Shown here: in pieces, positions 51,748-62,445 of the stretch
Numbering within the stretch: position 1 is the stretch's first letter
Layout of the letters: each line of letters opens with the position of its first letter
NCBI GenBank assembly: GCA_034439715.1
Contig: JAWXAY010000094.1
Span: 32,001-96,000 of the forward strand
Length of the DNA: 64,000 nt
From: Pseudomonadota bacterium
Lineage (GTDB): Bacteria > Bdellovibrionota > Bdellovibrionia > Bdellovibrionales > SG-bin7
Direction of reading: 5' to 3'
Made by a program: the position numbers and the translations under genes
The notes under the pieces: model-generated
Seen by the model: the letters and a program-made list of their open reading frames with translations, nothing else
Databases searched by the model: none
Told to the model about the DNA's origin: nothing

Positions 51748-52467
51748 TTAGTGGCAAGATGCCAAAAGATAATAAATCGGCTGACCTTTTTTTAAGAATA
51801 TTTTTTCAAAGGTCGTGGGAAAGTTCCGATCTTTATTTAAAGACTTATGCAAATCGGTACTTGCAAAATTAATCTGGTATTTACTTCGGACAAAGCGTTG
51901 AAGCGCCCATTTAAAATACCCAGGGCTGTCAGTTTTAAATTCAAGATTCGAACCCGGGCGCTGCATAGAAAATAATTTTTCTAAATACTCATCAGTAATG
52001 AGTCGATGTTTCCATTGCGGTCCTAACTCCCAGGGGTCAGGAAAATGTATGTATACATCATTGAGTTCACCCTCGGAAAACAAATCTTCGATGAGGTAAG
52101 CGTTATAGCGAATGACTCGGGCATTCTGGCTTCCGTTGTTTACCGTTCGACGAACTGTTTGAACAATGGGTTTGTATTTGAGTTCAATGGCCAGGGCTAA
52201 TCGTTCAGGATACTTTAGAGCATGATAAGCAAAATGATTTCCATTGCCGGGCCCAATTTCTAAATCTAAAAAGCTATTTTCTGATTGGTGAAATGAATGA
52301 CTTCGCCATTTGCCCTTGTAGGTCGGTGATTTTTCTTCATCGTAGGCCCATTGAGAAAATTCATTGCACATCAATTGCACATACTGGTTGGGTTTCGGAA
52401 GATTTTTAGTTTTAGCCCAAGAAAAATGTAAACCTCTCATAACCCGACTTGACTTACCAAAGGCCAA
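51748..52467 (-). CDS. trmB: tRNA (guanine-N7)-methyltransferase
   Basis: LEIGPGNG, FPDPW, HRL, KTD, TTFE; start uncertain (52467 or 52440). Confidence 0.9.
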   Translation of the reverse strand: MAFGKSSRVMRGLHFSWAKTKNLPKPNQYVQLMCNEFSQWAYDEEKSPTYKGKWRSHSFHQSENSFLDLEIGPGNGNHFAYHALKYPERLALAIELKYKPIVQTVRRTVNNGSQNARVIRYNAYLIEDLFSEGELNDVYIHFPDPWELGPQWKHRLITDEYLEKLFSMQRPGSNLEFKTDSPGYFKWALQRFVRSKYQINFASTDLHKSLNKDRNFPTTFEKIFLKKGQPIYYLLASCH

Positions 52468-52484
52468 TTCCTATTACAATAGGA

Positions 52485-54131
52485 ATGCCATTAATTTTTC
52501 TTATTTTATCGCTTTTATCGACAGAGTCGTTTGCAACTCCTGCGGCTGGCCAAAAAATAATGATTTCAGCTGCTAATGAATTAGCTGTTGAATATGGCAA
52601 GGAACTTTATCGTCAGGGCGGCACAATTGTCGACGTTGCAGTTGGTGTAGCCTTGATGATGTCGGTGACAAATCCCTATTTTGCTTCTCTCGGAGGGGGA
52701 GGATTTGCCTTAGTAAAGATGAATGGCGAAACAGAAGTTTTAGATTTCAGAGAGGTAGCCCCGAAGAAGACTGATCCCAATTTTTTTATGAAGAAAAACA
52801 AACAGGATTCTGTCTACGGCGGTTCCGCTGTCGCTGTGCCTGGCTTGGTAAAGGGATATTATGAACTTCATAAAAAATATGGCAAGCTTCGCTGGAAAGA
52901 TGTGCTTTCAGGTCCCATTAAGCTCGCCAGAAAAGGGTTTGAGATCAGTAACGAGCTTTACGATCGTACCGAAGGTATCAAGGGAAACTTTAACCCCGCC
53001 GGGTACAAACATTTCTTTAAGCAGAGCAAAGTTCCCTATTTGCCTGGCGATGTTTTAAGGCAACCTGGGCTTGCAGATGGGCTAGGGTTAATTGCTACTC
53101 GTGGCGTAGAAGGCTTTTATGAAGGCCCTATCGCCCAAGATTTGGTTTTCGCGGTTGAAAAAAGCGGTGGCGTTTTAAGCCTAGAGGATTTGCAAAGTTA
53201 TAAGGTTCGTTGGTTAAAGCCAATGGTCACTCAATTTTTGAATTATAAACTATATCTGATGCCTCCGCCATCTAGTGGAGGCGTAGTCATGACAGCGATT
53301 TTTAAACTTCTGGAAATGCAGGACCTGAAAAAATGGAGGCCCTATTCAGCCCCAGAGTCCCATTTATTAGCTGAAGTTTTTCATAGAAGTTTTAGGTTAC
53401 GCACTCAAATAGGCGATCCTGACTTTACAAAAAATCCAGTAGCTGATCTTCTTTCTCCTGCCAACATGTTGGCGTTAAACAAAACGATCAATACTGACAA
53501 AAAAATCCAGCTTCAGGCTCTAAAAGAAGATGTCGATATAAAAAATAATGAGAGTAGTGAAACCACACACTTTTCGATAATAAATTCGAACGGCGACGCG
53601 GTGGCAATGACCATCACGCTGAATGGGTCATATGGTTCAGGTGTTGTAACTCCAAAATTTGGAATTGTACTTAATAACGAAATGGATGACTTCACTACTC
53701 GTCCCAATGAGCCCAATATTTATGGCCTTATTCAAGGAAAGGCCAATGCAATTGAACCCGGAAAGCGGCCATTGAGTTCAATGAGCCCCACAATCGTTGA
53801 AAAAAATGGAGAAACTGTTTTGGTTCTTGGTGCTCAGGGTGGACCGAGAATTATTAGCTCCGTGGCTCAGGTTATTTACCGAACTTTAGTTAATAATTAT
53901 AACCTCGAAGAGGCTATTCATCTGCCAAGACTTCATGCGCAGTTTCAACCACCGATCATCTATTTTGATAAGGGTAAGTGGTCTCCTGAGATGTTTGATT
54001 TTATGAAAGAAAAAGGCCACCAAACTGAAGAAAGCTGGATGGGGCGTGTGAATGCCGTCCAACGAGGAGACAAAAACATTCTCTACGGTGCTGCCGATGA
54101 TCGTGTTGAAGGGTATGCAAGCGGCTACTAA
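52485..54131 (+). CDS. ggt: Gamma-glutamyltransferase
   Basis: Signal peptide, GGGGF, DFRE, ETTH nucleophile, NNEMDDF, RPLSSM. Confidence 0.96.
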   Translation: MPLIFLILSLLSTESFATPAAGQKIMISAANELAVEYGKELYRQGGTIVDVAVGVALMMSVTNPYFASLGGGGFALVKMNGETEVLDFREVAPKKTDPNFFMKKNKQDSVYGGSAVAVPGLVKGYYELHKKYGKLRWKDVLSGPIKLARKGFEISNELYDRTEGIKGNFNPAGYKHFFKQSKVPYLPGDVLRQPGLADGLGLIATRGVEGFYEGPIAQDLVFAVEKSGGVLSLEDLQSYKVRWLKPMVTQFLNYKLYLMPPPSSGGVVMTAIFKLLEMQDLKKWRPYSAPESHLLAEVFHRSFRLRTQIGDPDFTKNPVADLLSPANMLALNKTINTDKKIQLQALKEDVDIKNNESSETTHFSIINSNGDAVAMTITLNGSYGSGVVTPKFGIVLNNEMDDFTTRPNEPNIYGLIQGKANAIEPGKRPLSSMSPTIVEKNGETVLVLGAQGGPRIISSVAQVIYRTLVNNYNLEEAIHLPRLHAQFQPPIIYFDKGKWSPEMFDFMKEKGHQTEESWMGRVNAVQRGDKNILYGAADDRVEGYASGY

Positions 54132-54140
54132 GGAGTTCGC

Positions 54141-55154
54141 CTATTTGAACTCTGGCGGCTCTGTCGGACTTACAAGCTCATCAAATGTGTGTGGCTTTCT
54201 ACCAGAAAACTTTTCCTGTCTTACTGGGCATTCTGCGACGTCGCAAACGGCGCAGTAAGCCCTACGGCAAGGGTCCATATGAAAATGAATTTCACCTTCA
54301 TGTGGATACTGATCTATCACCTTTTTCTCAAACTTATTGGTTTCAGCATGTGCTGTTTTAACATCCCAAAATTCAGGTAGAATGACATGAGCATCGATAT
54401 GATGATAGTTTCCTGAGCGCATGATACGGGTATGATGAATTCTAATTATTCCAGGAAACCAATTGTCGGTGAAGGTTTTCTGCAGAACCGTTAATAGCGA
54501 TTTATCCTCGCGGTCAACAAGTGCTCCCATGGATTCCCAGGCGACCCTCATGCCCGTATAGCCGAGGTGAATTGCGACGGCTATAGCGATGACGGGATCG
54601 AGCCAAAAAAGATTGGTAAACTTAACGACAACAAGACCGACCACGACGGCGGCTGTAGTAATAAAATCAGCGATAACGTGTTTGCCGCTCGCCATGAGGC
54701 TAGGGGAGTGCCCACGCTTACCCAACAGCAGAAGGTAAGTTCCAAGAAGGAGATTAGCGACGCCGGTAAATGCAATAATAAAAATACCATTATCGAGATG
54801 GCGAATAGGCGTGGGTTCTACCAAAGCCTGCACTGATTCTACTAGAATCATGGCGGCAGCAAAAGCGATGAGTCCACCCTCAAATATAGCCGAAAAAAAC
54901 TCGAACTTGCCGTGACCATAAGGATGATCACTATCAGCAGGTTTAGAAGAAATAAACAGCATTCCTAGTGATAGGCTGGCGGCGAGAACATTAACTATGC
55001 TCTCCATGGCATCAGAAAATACGGCCTGAGAACCTGTTAGCCGATAAGCCCAAAATTTTAGCCCCAATAGAAAGGCGCTGACCGTTACATAAAGAATGCC
55101 GGCCATAATTTTTTTGGACTCCGTAGGAGGCAGTGATATTGTTGGTTCACCCAA
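54141..55154 (-). CDS. Cation diffusion facilitator (FieF-like)
   Basis: SDAMES, DHPYGHGK, HVIAD, Cys-rich tail; start uncertain (55154 or 55106). Confidence 0.92.
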   Translation of the reverse strand: MGEPTISLPPTESKKIMAGILYVTVSAFLLGLKFWAYRLTGSQAVFSDAMESIVNVLAASLSLGMLFISSKPADSDHPYGHGKFEFFSAIFEGGLIAFAAAMILVESVQALVEPTPIRHLDNGIFIIAFTGVANLLLGTYLLLLGKRGHSPSLMASGKHVIADFITTAAVVVGLVVVKFTNLFWLDPVIAIAVAIHLGYTGMRVAWESMGALVDREDKSLLTVLQKTFTDNWFPGIIRIHHTRIMRSGNYHHIDAHVILPEFWDVKTAHAETNKFEKKVIDQYPHEGEIHFHMDPCRRAYCAVCDVAECPVRQEKFSGRKPHTFDELVSPTEPPEFK

Positions 55155-55258
55155 AATTTTGGTTCCTCTGCAAAATTTACATAGTTACTAAACACTTGTT
55201 AAGTTTTTTAGTGACTCATATATACTCCTAAATTCTAAATTAAAACACAAAGAGTTTT

Positions 55259-55975
55259 ATGCAATTACTTGAGCTTAAAGACGTTAGTTTTAGTTACGAT
55301 GATAAGCCTCCGCTTAATCGCATTTCGCTAAATATTGATATTGGCCAATTCGTTTGTTTGATTGGGCCCAACGGCTCGGGCAAAACAACGCTATTAAAAG
55401 GCTTAATGGGGTTTCTGCCCCAGAGATCAGGCTCGCGCGTCGTTTGCGACCGTAGGAATCCTCGGCCAGAAGAACTTAGGGGCTTAGTGGGTTATATCCC
55501 TCAACGACTTAATCTTGATCCCGCAGTTCCGGTAAAGGTCGAAGAATTTTTGGCTCTTAAACAGAATGTTACTATGAGTGAACAAGAAGTTAACTTGTTG
55601 AGTGTAAAATTTGATCTCGAAAAAATCAAACAAAGATCTATGCATTCTCTATCTGCGGGAGAGCAGCAGCGTGTTTTTTTATTATTTTCAATTCTTAGTG
55701 AGCCTAAACTTTTGCTTCTTGATGAGTCGTTAGAGGGAACCGATATTAAAGTGCAGCATTCAATTTTCAAAGAATTAATGACCAGAGTTAAGAATCATAA
55801 AATGAGTGTTGTTTTAGTCTCCCACGACATTTCGGCTGTCAGCGAATGGGCCACAAGAGCTGTTTGCTTAGGACCAAATATTGTTTTTGACGGGGATCCG
55901 ACGTCTGCCGACTTTCATACTTGTCTGCATAAAACCTATGGAGAGAGTAGTTTCATTCATGATCATGCTCACTAA
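55259..55975 (+). CDS. Metal ABC transporter ATPase (ZnuC-like)
   Basis: GPNGSGKT, GYIPQ, LSAGE, VSHD, His-rich tail. Confidence 0.88.
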   Translation: MQLLELKDVSFSYDDKPPLNRISLNIDIGQFVCLIGPNGSGKTTLLKGLMGFLPQRSGSRVVCDRRNPRPEELRGLVGYIPQRLNLDPAVPVKVEEFLALKQNVTMSEQEVNLLSVKFDLEKIKQRSMHSLSAGEQQRVFLLFSILSEPKLLLLDESLEGTDIKVQHSIFKELMTRVKNHKMSVVLVSHDISAVSEWATRAVCLGPNIVFDGDPTSADFHTCLHKTYGESSFIHDHAH

Positions 55976-56756
55976 CCCCCTCTTTTTGGCCGCCTTAAGT
56001 GGATTTACCTGTGGCCTCTTGGGACCGTTTTTTGTTTGGCGAAGGCTCAACTTTTTGGGTGATGCCATTGCTCATAGTGCCATGACTCCTCTGAGTCTAT
56101 CTCTAATTTTAGGAGTGCCACCAATAATTTTAATTCTGCCTTTCAATATACTGTTTGGTCTTTTTATAGCATTTCTCTACCTAAAAAAATCGGGACAATT
56201 GGATTCTACAATTGCCGTCTTTTTTGCGGGCTTCATGGGTTTGGGATTACTAATTTCTCAGGCCTCAGGGGCTGGAAGTGAAGAGGTTCTACACTTTATT
56301 TTTGGGGATATATCAAGTCCAGACACCCTAGGTAGTCTATTGACAGGTGTTATTTCTGTGGCTGCCGTCGCTCATATTTTGTATTGGCGAAAGGAACTTT
56401 TGTTAATGGTGCTGCAAAAGGACCTCGCAAAAATTGAGGGCATAAAAGTTAATTGGCACGAGGTCTGGCTATTAGTCATAATGGCTCTTGTGGTCACTGT
56501 AACTCTAAAACTTATGGGAACTATTCTGTTAACGAGCCTTCTAATTACTCCACCTGTAGTATTTAGGCGCTTAAGTGGCAGTTTGATGCATCAACTATTG
56601 GGCTCAGCTCTTTTAGGGATGGTTTTAGCGGTCAGTGGGGTGGGAATCGCGTTAGTTTTTAATGTTCCTGCCAGTGGTAGCGTGGCAGGTTTAAGTTTAA
56701 TGCTTTTTCTAACGGCAAGTCTTTTCTTTAAGCCACCGAGTCCCATTACTTCTTAA
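55959..56756 (+). CDS. Metal ABC transporter permease (ZnuB-like)
   Basis: GDAIAHS, IFGDI; start 55959 or 55965. Confidence 0.88.
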   Translation: MIMLTNPLFLAALSGFTCGLLGPFFVWRRLNFLGDAIAHSAMTPLSLSLILGVPPIILILPFNILFGLFIAFLYLKKSGQLDSTIAVFFAGFMGLGLLISQASGAGSEEVLHFIFGDISSPDTLGSLLTGVISVAAVAHILYWRKELLLMVLQKDLAKIEGIKVNWHEVWLLVIMALVVTVTLKLMGTILLTSLLITPPVVFRRLSGSLMHQLLGSALLGMVLAVSGVGIALVFNVPASGSVAGLSLMLFLTASLFFKPPSPITS

Positions 56757-57723
56757 GTAATTGATGGGCTGGAGTTTTGCTGTGCTCGTCAATGGCAAAA
56801 TAGCTGACGCAATCTCGACCCGCATTTTTCGATTTATAAAGAGCTCTATCTGCAGTGCGAACTAATTCTTTTCCTGAGACTAAAGAGCCAGTTCCATCAA
56901 ATATTGAATAGCCAAGGCTCACGGTTATATTCATTTGGTCCTTACCACTTTTAAAAGTGACGGCGGCAACTCGCTCTCGCAGCCTTTCGCAAAAAAGATG
57001 CGCGCCCACTTGGTTGGTATCAGTAAGCACAATTAAAAATTCATCGCCACCATAACGAGCGGCAAAGTCTGTTTGACGAATATTATCTTTAATAATCTTA
57101 CCAAGTTCACTTAAGACAAAGCTTCCGAACAAATGGTCGTGATTATCGTTAACCAGTTTAAAGAAATCAATATCGAGCATAATGACTCCGATGAGGCGCT
57201 TAAACCTACGAGCTCTTTCGACTTCAACATCTAACTTGTCATATAGTGTGCGCATATTGAAGAGTCCGGTGATTTCGTCAGTCACCACGAGCTGAGAAAG
57301 ATGTTTGTTAACTGTAATCAATTGGTTTTTCATGTCACAATTTCTTAGCTGGGCTTTGACTCGAGCCTGAAGTTCGCTGGGATGAAAGGGCTTAGTGATG
57401 TAATCGTCGGCACCTGCTGAGAGGCCTTTGACGATGTCTTCTATTTTTTTGTTTCCGGATAAAAATATAACTGAAACATACTTCTGTCGCTCGCGAATTT
57501 TGGAAAGTGTTTGAAAGCCGTTTAATCCGGGCATCATAACATCGAGAATCATTAAATGGGGATCAACGGAATTAATTAGGTCGAGAGCCTCTTCACCTGA
57601 AGTGGTCGTAAATACCTTGCACTTTTCCCAATTGAGTACCGATGAAACAAGCTTTAGGTTTACGATATCGTCATCCACAACGATAATTTGTCGCTCTATT
57701 ATTGGGTTTGAATCCTCACTCAT
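56746..57723 (-). CDS. REC-GGDEF dinucleotide cyclase, Hypr/DgcA-like
   Basis: REC (VVDDD, ILDV, KPF); DIDFFKLVND-NHDHLFGS; I-site RQTD; RYGGDEF. Confidence 0.92.
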   Translation of the reverse strand: MSEDSNPIIERQIIVVDDDIVNLKLVSSVLNWEKCKVFTTTSGEEALDLINSVDPHLMILDVMMPGLNGFQTLSKIRERQKYVSVIFLSGNKKIEDIVKGLSAGADDYITKPFHPSELQARVKAQLRNCDMKNQLITVNKHLSQLVVTDEITGLFNMRTLYDKLDVEVERARRFKRLIGVIMLDIDFFKLVNDNHDHLFGSFVLSELGKIIKDNIRQTDFAARYGGDEFLIVLTDTNQVGAHLFCERLRERVAAVTFKSGKDQMNITVSLGYSIFDGTGSLVSGKELVRTADRALYKSKNAGRDCVSYFAIDEHSKTPAHQLLKK

Positions 57724-57831
57724 TAAATTTTTGTTCCTAACTTACTATTTTAGAAACATAGCCAAGAGATAAGAACTAAAATCTCTTTAAAAACCTAGGC
57801 CAAGATACTGAAAGATGTTATAAATGGGCCT

Positions 57832-60234
57832 ATGTCTTATTCGCACAAAATTATTGACTCAAAATGGCAAGCCAAATGGGAGTCTCTACAGGCTTTTGCG
57901 TCCCAAGAAAACTCGCCTAAACCAAAGTACTACGCACTAGACATGTTCCCTTACCCTTCAGGATTAGGGCTTCATGTAGGGCATTTAGCATCATACACAC
58001 CTACAGATATTGTTGCTCGCTATAAGCGAGCTCAAGGTTATAATGTTTTGCACCCCATGGGGTGGGACGCTTTTGGTTTGCCAGCAGAGCAATTCGCTAT
58101 TCAAACTGGAATTCATCCAGCCAAGACGACTATCGAAGCCATTCAAAACTTTACGCGACAGTTAAAGTCTGTGGGTTACAGCTATGATTGGCAGCGTGAA
58201 ATTTCCACTTGCGAACCCGAGTTTTACAAGTGGACTCAATTTATTTTTTTGAAGCTTTTAGAAAAAGGATTGGCTTACCAAAAAGAAGTTCCGGTTAATT
58301 GGTGTCCTGCCCTAAAAACTGTTTTAGCAAATGAGGAAGTGGTTGACGGCAAAAGCGAGCGAGGGAACCATCCCGTTGTTCGTATGCCCATGAAGCAGTG
58401 GATGCTCAAGATTACCGCCTATGCCGAAAAGCTTCTCGAAGGGCTTGAGCGTGTGGATTGGCCCGAGCGTAGCAAAGAGGGACAGAGAAACTGGATTGGC
58501 AAAAGCGTTGGGGCAGAGATCGATTTTAAGATCGAAGGTCACCGGGAGACTATTAAGGTTTTTACCACTAGGCCAGACACGATTTTTGGTGCGACTTTTA
58601 TGGTATTGGCTCCAGAGCACACCTTGGTAAAATCTTTAACTGAAGTTAAGGTAATGTCGCAGGTTGAAAAGTATATCAAAACGTCGGCTGCAAAAAGTGA
58701 ATTGGACCGCAAGGCTAATAAAGATAAAACTGGCGTTGCTATTGGTGCTAATGCGATTAACCCATTTAATGGCGAAAAAATTCCCATTTGGATCGCGGAC
58801 TATGTATTAACAGATTATGGTACGGGTGCCATCATGGCGGTGCCCGGTCACGACGAGCGAGATTTTGAATTTGCCAAAAAATTTAATATTAAAATTACGA
58901 GAGTATTAGAAAGTCCGACCGAATTACCTTTCGAGGGTGATGGGCCCCACTGTAATTCAGATTTTATCAATGGCCTGAGCAAAGATGAAGCTACGGAAAA
59001 GGTCGTTCAAAAATTAGAGCAGCTGGGCATGGGTAAGAGAACTGTAAACTATAAGCTTCGTGATTGGTTATTTAGTCGGCAACGTTATTGGGGTGAGCCT
59101 TTTCCGCTGGTGCATTTCCCCAAAAAAGGATTGCACGCGTTGCCGCTTAATGAGTTGCCAGTTTTATTGCCGCAAGTGGCTGACTACGAGCCATCTGACC
59201 AAGGCGAAGCGCCTTTGGCTAGAAATCCGGAATGGGTTACGTATAAAGATCCTAAAACGGGAGAGGTAGGCAAAAGAGAAACTGACACTATGCCCGGTTC
59301 GGCGGGAAGTTCTTGGTATTTTTTGCGATATGCAGATCCAAAAAATGAAAAGGAACCATTTAGTTTTGAGAATCAAAAGTATTGGATGCCGGTTGATCTT
59401 TATGTTGGCGGCACAGAACACACTGTTGGACATTTACTTTATTCACGATTTTGGCAGAAAGTGCTTTTTGATGCGGGTCTCGTCAGTCACGACGAACCGT
59501 TCAAAAAATTGGTTCACCAAGGCGTGGTATTGGGTCCTGACGGCGAAAGAATGTCAAAATCTCGCGGTAATGTTATCAATATTACAGATGTTTGGAATCA
59601 GTATGGTGCCGATGCTTGTCGAACTTATGTTTCCTTTATGGGGCCTCTTGAGAAGGACAAACCTTGGTCAGAAACTGGCATCGATGGCGTCCGTCGATTT
59701 TTAGAAAGAATTTGGCGCTTGGTCTTTAATGAACAGGGTATTCTTATCGCCACTGACGAGACAATCCCTGAGGAACTTAATCGTACTCTTCACAAAACTA
59801 TTCAAAAGGTCACAAAAGATATCGAGACTCTGAATTTAAATACAGCCGTAAGCAGCATGATGATTTTGGTGAATGAAACCTATAAAGCCAACATTAAATC
59901 CAAAAAATTGCTTAAAACATTGGCCCAACTTTTGATGCCATTTGGCCCCCATATTGCTGAAGAGATTTGGGCTGGGTGTGGGGGCGAGGGTTTTGTAAGC
60001 TTGGCTCCCTGGCCTAAGTTTGATTCTAATTTGGTTAAAGATGATCTTGTCGAAATGGCGATTCAAATTAATGGCAAAGTCCGTGGCACCATCGAAATTT
60101 CTCCAACCGCTGATGAAAACACCGCGTTGACAGCGGCTCGCGCGAACAGTAGTGTGGCGCGGCATCTTGACGACAAAACCATAGTAAAAGTAATTTATAA
60201 AGCAGGTAAAATTTTAAACCTTATATTAAAATAG
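57832..60234 (+). CDS. leuS: Leucine--tRNA ligase
   Basis: MFPYPSG..LHVGH, TTRPDT, SRQRYWG, RMSKS. Confidence 0.98.
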   Translation: MSYSHKIIDSKWQAKWESLQAFASQENSPKPKYYALDMFPYPSGLGLHVGHLASYTPTDIVARYKRAQGYNVLHPMGWDAFGLPAEQFAIQTGIHPAKTTIEAIQNFTRQLKSVGYSYDWQREISTCEPEFYKWTQFIFLKLLEKGLAYQKEVPVNWCPALKTVLANEEVVDGKSERGNHPVVRMPMKQWMLKITAYAEKLLEGLERVDWPERSKEGQRNWIGKSVGAEIDFKIEGHRETIKVFTTRPDTIFGATFMVLAPEHTLVKSLTEVKVMSQVEKYIKTSAAKSELDRKANKDKTGVAIGANAINPFNGEKIPIWIADYVLTDYGTGAIMAVPGHDERDFEFAKKFNIKITRVLESPTELPFEGDGPHCNSDFINGLSKDEATEKVVQKLEQLGMGKRTVNYKLRDWLFSRQRYWGEPFPLVHFPKKGLHALPLNELPVLLPQVADYEPSDQGEAPLARNPEWVTYKDPKTGEVGKRETDTMPGSAGSSWYFLRYADPKNEKEPFSFENQKYWMPVDLYVGGTEHTVGHLLYSRFWQKVLFDAGLVSHDEPFKKLVHQGVVLGPDGERMSKSRGNVINITDVWNQYGADACRTYVSFMGPLEKDKPWSETGIDGVRRFLERIWRLVFNEQGILIATDETIPEELNRTLHKTIQKVTKDIETLNLNTAVSSMMILVNETYKANIKSKKLLKTLAQLLMPFGPHIAEEIWAGCGGEGFVSLAPWPKFDSNLVKDDLVEMAIQINGKVRGTIEISPTADENTALTAARANSSVARHLDDKTIVKVIYKAGKILNLILK

Positions 60235-60241
60235 GGAGAGC

Positions 60242-62167
60242 TTGATGTCTGAAGAAATAGCAAATGGTTGGTCGACAGAAAGTAGCGCCGAAATCTACGG
60301 AATTAACTCCTGGGGCGCTGGTTACTACCGCATTAACGATCGCGGCAATGTTGAAGTGACTCCGATGGGACCGACTGGTCCGCGACTTGATCTCAAAGAG
60401 TTATTGGCCGATCTCGTGGAGCGTGGAATTCGCGTGCCAATGCTCATTCGCTTTCCTGATATCATCCGGTCTCGTATTGAACTTCTCAATAAATGTTTTT
60501 CAAAGGCCATTGATAGCTATGGCTATAAAAATAGTTACTGTGGAGTTTACCCGATTAAAGTAAATCAACAGCGGCATGTCGTTGAGGAGTTACTTCGCTG
60601 TGGTCAATTCAGCCGCTTGGGTCTTGAGTGTGGAAGCAAACCAGAACTTTTGGTAGCATTGGCCCTCGTTGATACCCCCAATGCGTTGATTATTTGCAAT
60701 GGATTTAAAGATCAAGAATACATTGAAACAGCAATTTTGTCGCAAAAGTTAGGACGCAATACTCTCATTGTTGTAGATCGATTTTCAGAACTTGACATGA
60801 TCTTGAGCGCTGCACAGAAGTACAACGCCCAACCCAGAATTGGATTTCGCGCAAAACTGAATTCTAGAGGAGCAGGTAAATGGGTTGAATCCTCGGGCGC
60901 TCGCAGTAAATTTGGCTTGACCCCGTCAGAGATGGTTGAGGGCATTGAAATTCTTCGTAAAGCCGATAAATTGAATTGTTTGGAGTTATTTCATTTTCAT
61001 ATTGGTTCACAGATTACTTCCATTCAATCCGTTAAATCTTCTTTAAAAGAGGGTACTAGATTTTTCTCTGAACTTCATAAATTAGGAGCCAGCGTAAAAT
61101 ACTTTGATGTCGGCGGGGGCTTGGGCGTTGACTACGATGGTTCTGGCGATAGTGACAGTTCTACAAACTATAGCGAACAAGAATATGCCAATGATGTGGT
61201 TTCAATTATACAGGATATCTGTGATGAGCAGGGTGTGCCGCACCCACAGATCGTCACCGAATCTGGTCGCGCCATGGTCGCGCATCACTCTCTTTTGGTG
61301 TTTAATGTTTTAGGCGTAAACAGGGTGGAGAGGATTGATGCTCCCGTCGAAGTTAAACCCACCGACCACCATATCTTAAGAACACTCAGTGAGATCTATC
61401 GCAATTTGAATAAAGATAACATCAACGAAAGTTATCATGATTTGGTGGGCATGAAGGGCGACATTCTGCAGCTCTTTAAATACGGCGTTTTATCGCTAGA
61501 GCAATTGGCAAAAGCTGAAAATCTTTATTGGACAACCTCTACCAAGATGGCCAAGATCGCTAAAGACCTCGTGGATGCCGATGATATTCTCAATGAACTA
61601 AATCAAATCCTATCAGACACTTATTTTTGTAACTTTTCAGTTTTTCAGTCGGTTCCAGACTCGTGGGCCGTGGGTCAAGTTTTTCCGGTCATGCCACTTC
61701 ATCGATTGAATGAAGAGCCAACCTGTCGAACAACTTTAGCAGATCTCACTTGTGATTCTGATGGAAAAATTGAAAATTTTATTAACGTGAAGCCGGGACG
61801 AGCTAAAAAATCGACACTTGAGGTTCATCAGCTCAATGGCAGTGAACCCTATTTCTTGGGAATCTTTTTGGTGGGCGCATACCAGGAGATTCTTGGCGAT
61901 TTTCATAATCTCTTTGGAGATACCGATGCGGTTCACATTACATTGACTCCGACCGGTTACTCTGTCGATCACGTGGTTGAGGGTGATTCTGTAAGTGATG
62001 TATTAGGGTATGTTGAGTATCAAAAGTCAGAGCTTCTAGAGAATATACGTCGAGCGTCTGAAGCGGGGATATTGCGCTCAAGCCTCACCAAGCAAGAGGC
62101 GCGGGTACTTATGAAATATTATGAGGCTGGTTTATCTGGTTACACATACCTAGAAGATCCCGAGTAA
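60242..62167 (+). CDS. speA: Biosynthetic arginine decarboxylase
   Basis: YPIKVNQ, ECGSKPE, HFHIGSQ, DVGGGLG, DLTCDSDG. Confidence 0.97.
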   Translation: MMSEEIANGWSTESSAEIYGINSWGAGYYRINDRGNVEVTPMGPTGPRLDLKELLADLVERGIRVPMLIRFPDIIRSRIELLNKCFSKAIDSYGYKNSYCGVYPIKVNQQRHVVEELLRCGQFSRLGLECGSKPELLVALALVDTPNALIICNGFKDQEYIETAILSQKLGRNTLIVVDRFSELDMILSAAQKYNAQPRIGFRAKLNSRGAGKWVESSGARSKFGLTPSEMVEGIEILRKADKLNCLELFHFHIGSQITSIQSVKSSLKEGTRFFSELHKLGASVKYFDVGGGLGVDYDGSGDSDSSTNYSEQEYANDVVSIIQDICDEQGVPHPQIVTESGRAMVAHHSLLVFNVLGVNRVERIDAPVEVKPTDHHILRTLSEIYRNLNKDNINESYHDLVGMKGDILQLFKYGVLSLEQLAKAENLYWTTSTKMAKIAKDLVDADDILNELNQILSDTYFCNFSVFQSVPDSWAVGQVFPVMPLHRLNEEPTCRTTLADLTCDSDGKIENFINVKPGRAKKSTLEVHQLNGSEPYFLGIFLVGAYQEILGDFHNLFGDTDAVHITLTPTGYSVDHVVEGDSVSDVLGYVEYQKSELLENIRRASEAGILRSSLTKQEARVLMKYYEAGLSGYTYLEDPE

Positions 62168-62171
62168 TGAC

Positions 62172-62200
62172 TTGCATAGGTGATGTAAAGGTGGTACACT
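62172..62200 (+). promoter_or_regulatory. Sigma-70 promoter of the TA operon with AGGTG direct repeats in the spacer
   Basis: TTGCAT-N17-TACACT with extended TG; AGGTG at 62178 and 62189. Confidence 0.6.
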
Positions 62201-62220
62201 CATATCTGTTGAGGTGAACC

Positions 62221-62442
62221 ATGCCCACTGTAAAGAAAAGAATCAATTTGACTGTTGAGGACGATGTATTCGAGTCTTTGAATAAGATTGCAAAAAAAGA
62301 GAAGACTTCGGTGGCTAGCATCAGCCATCTATTGTTAGAAAAAGCACTTGAGCTCCAGGAAGATTTTTATTTTTCTAGAGTAGGAGAAGATCGCATTTCT
62401 AAAAAGTTTAAAAGGCTATCCCACGGCGATATTTGGGATTAG
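62221..62442 (+). CDS. Ribbon-helix-helix antitoxin
   Basis: KRINLTV beta strand followed by two helices; directly upstream of the toxin. Confidence 0.8.
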   Translation: MPTVKKRINLTVEDDVFESLNKIAKKEKTSVASISHLLLEKALELQEDFYFSRVGEDRISKKFKRLSHGDIWD

Positions 62443-62445
62443 GGA

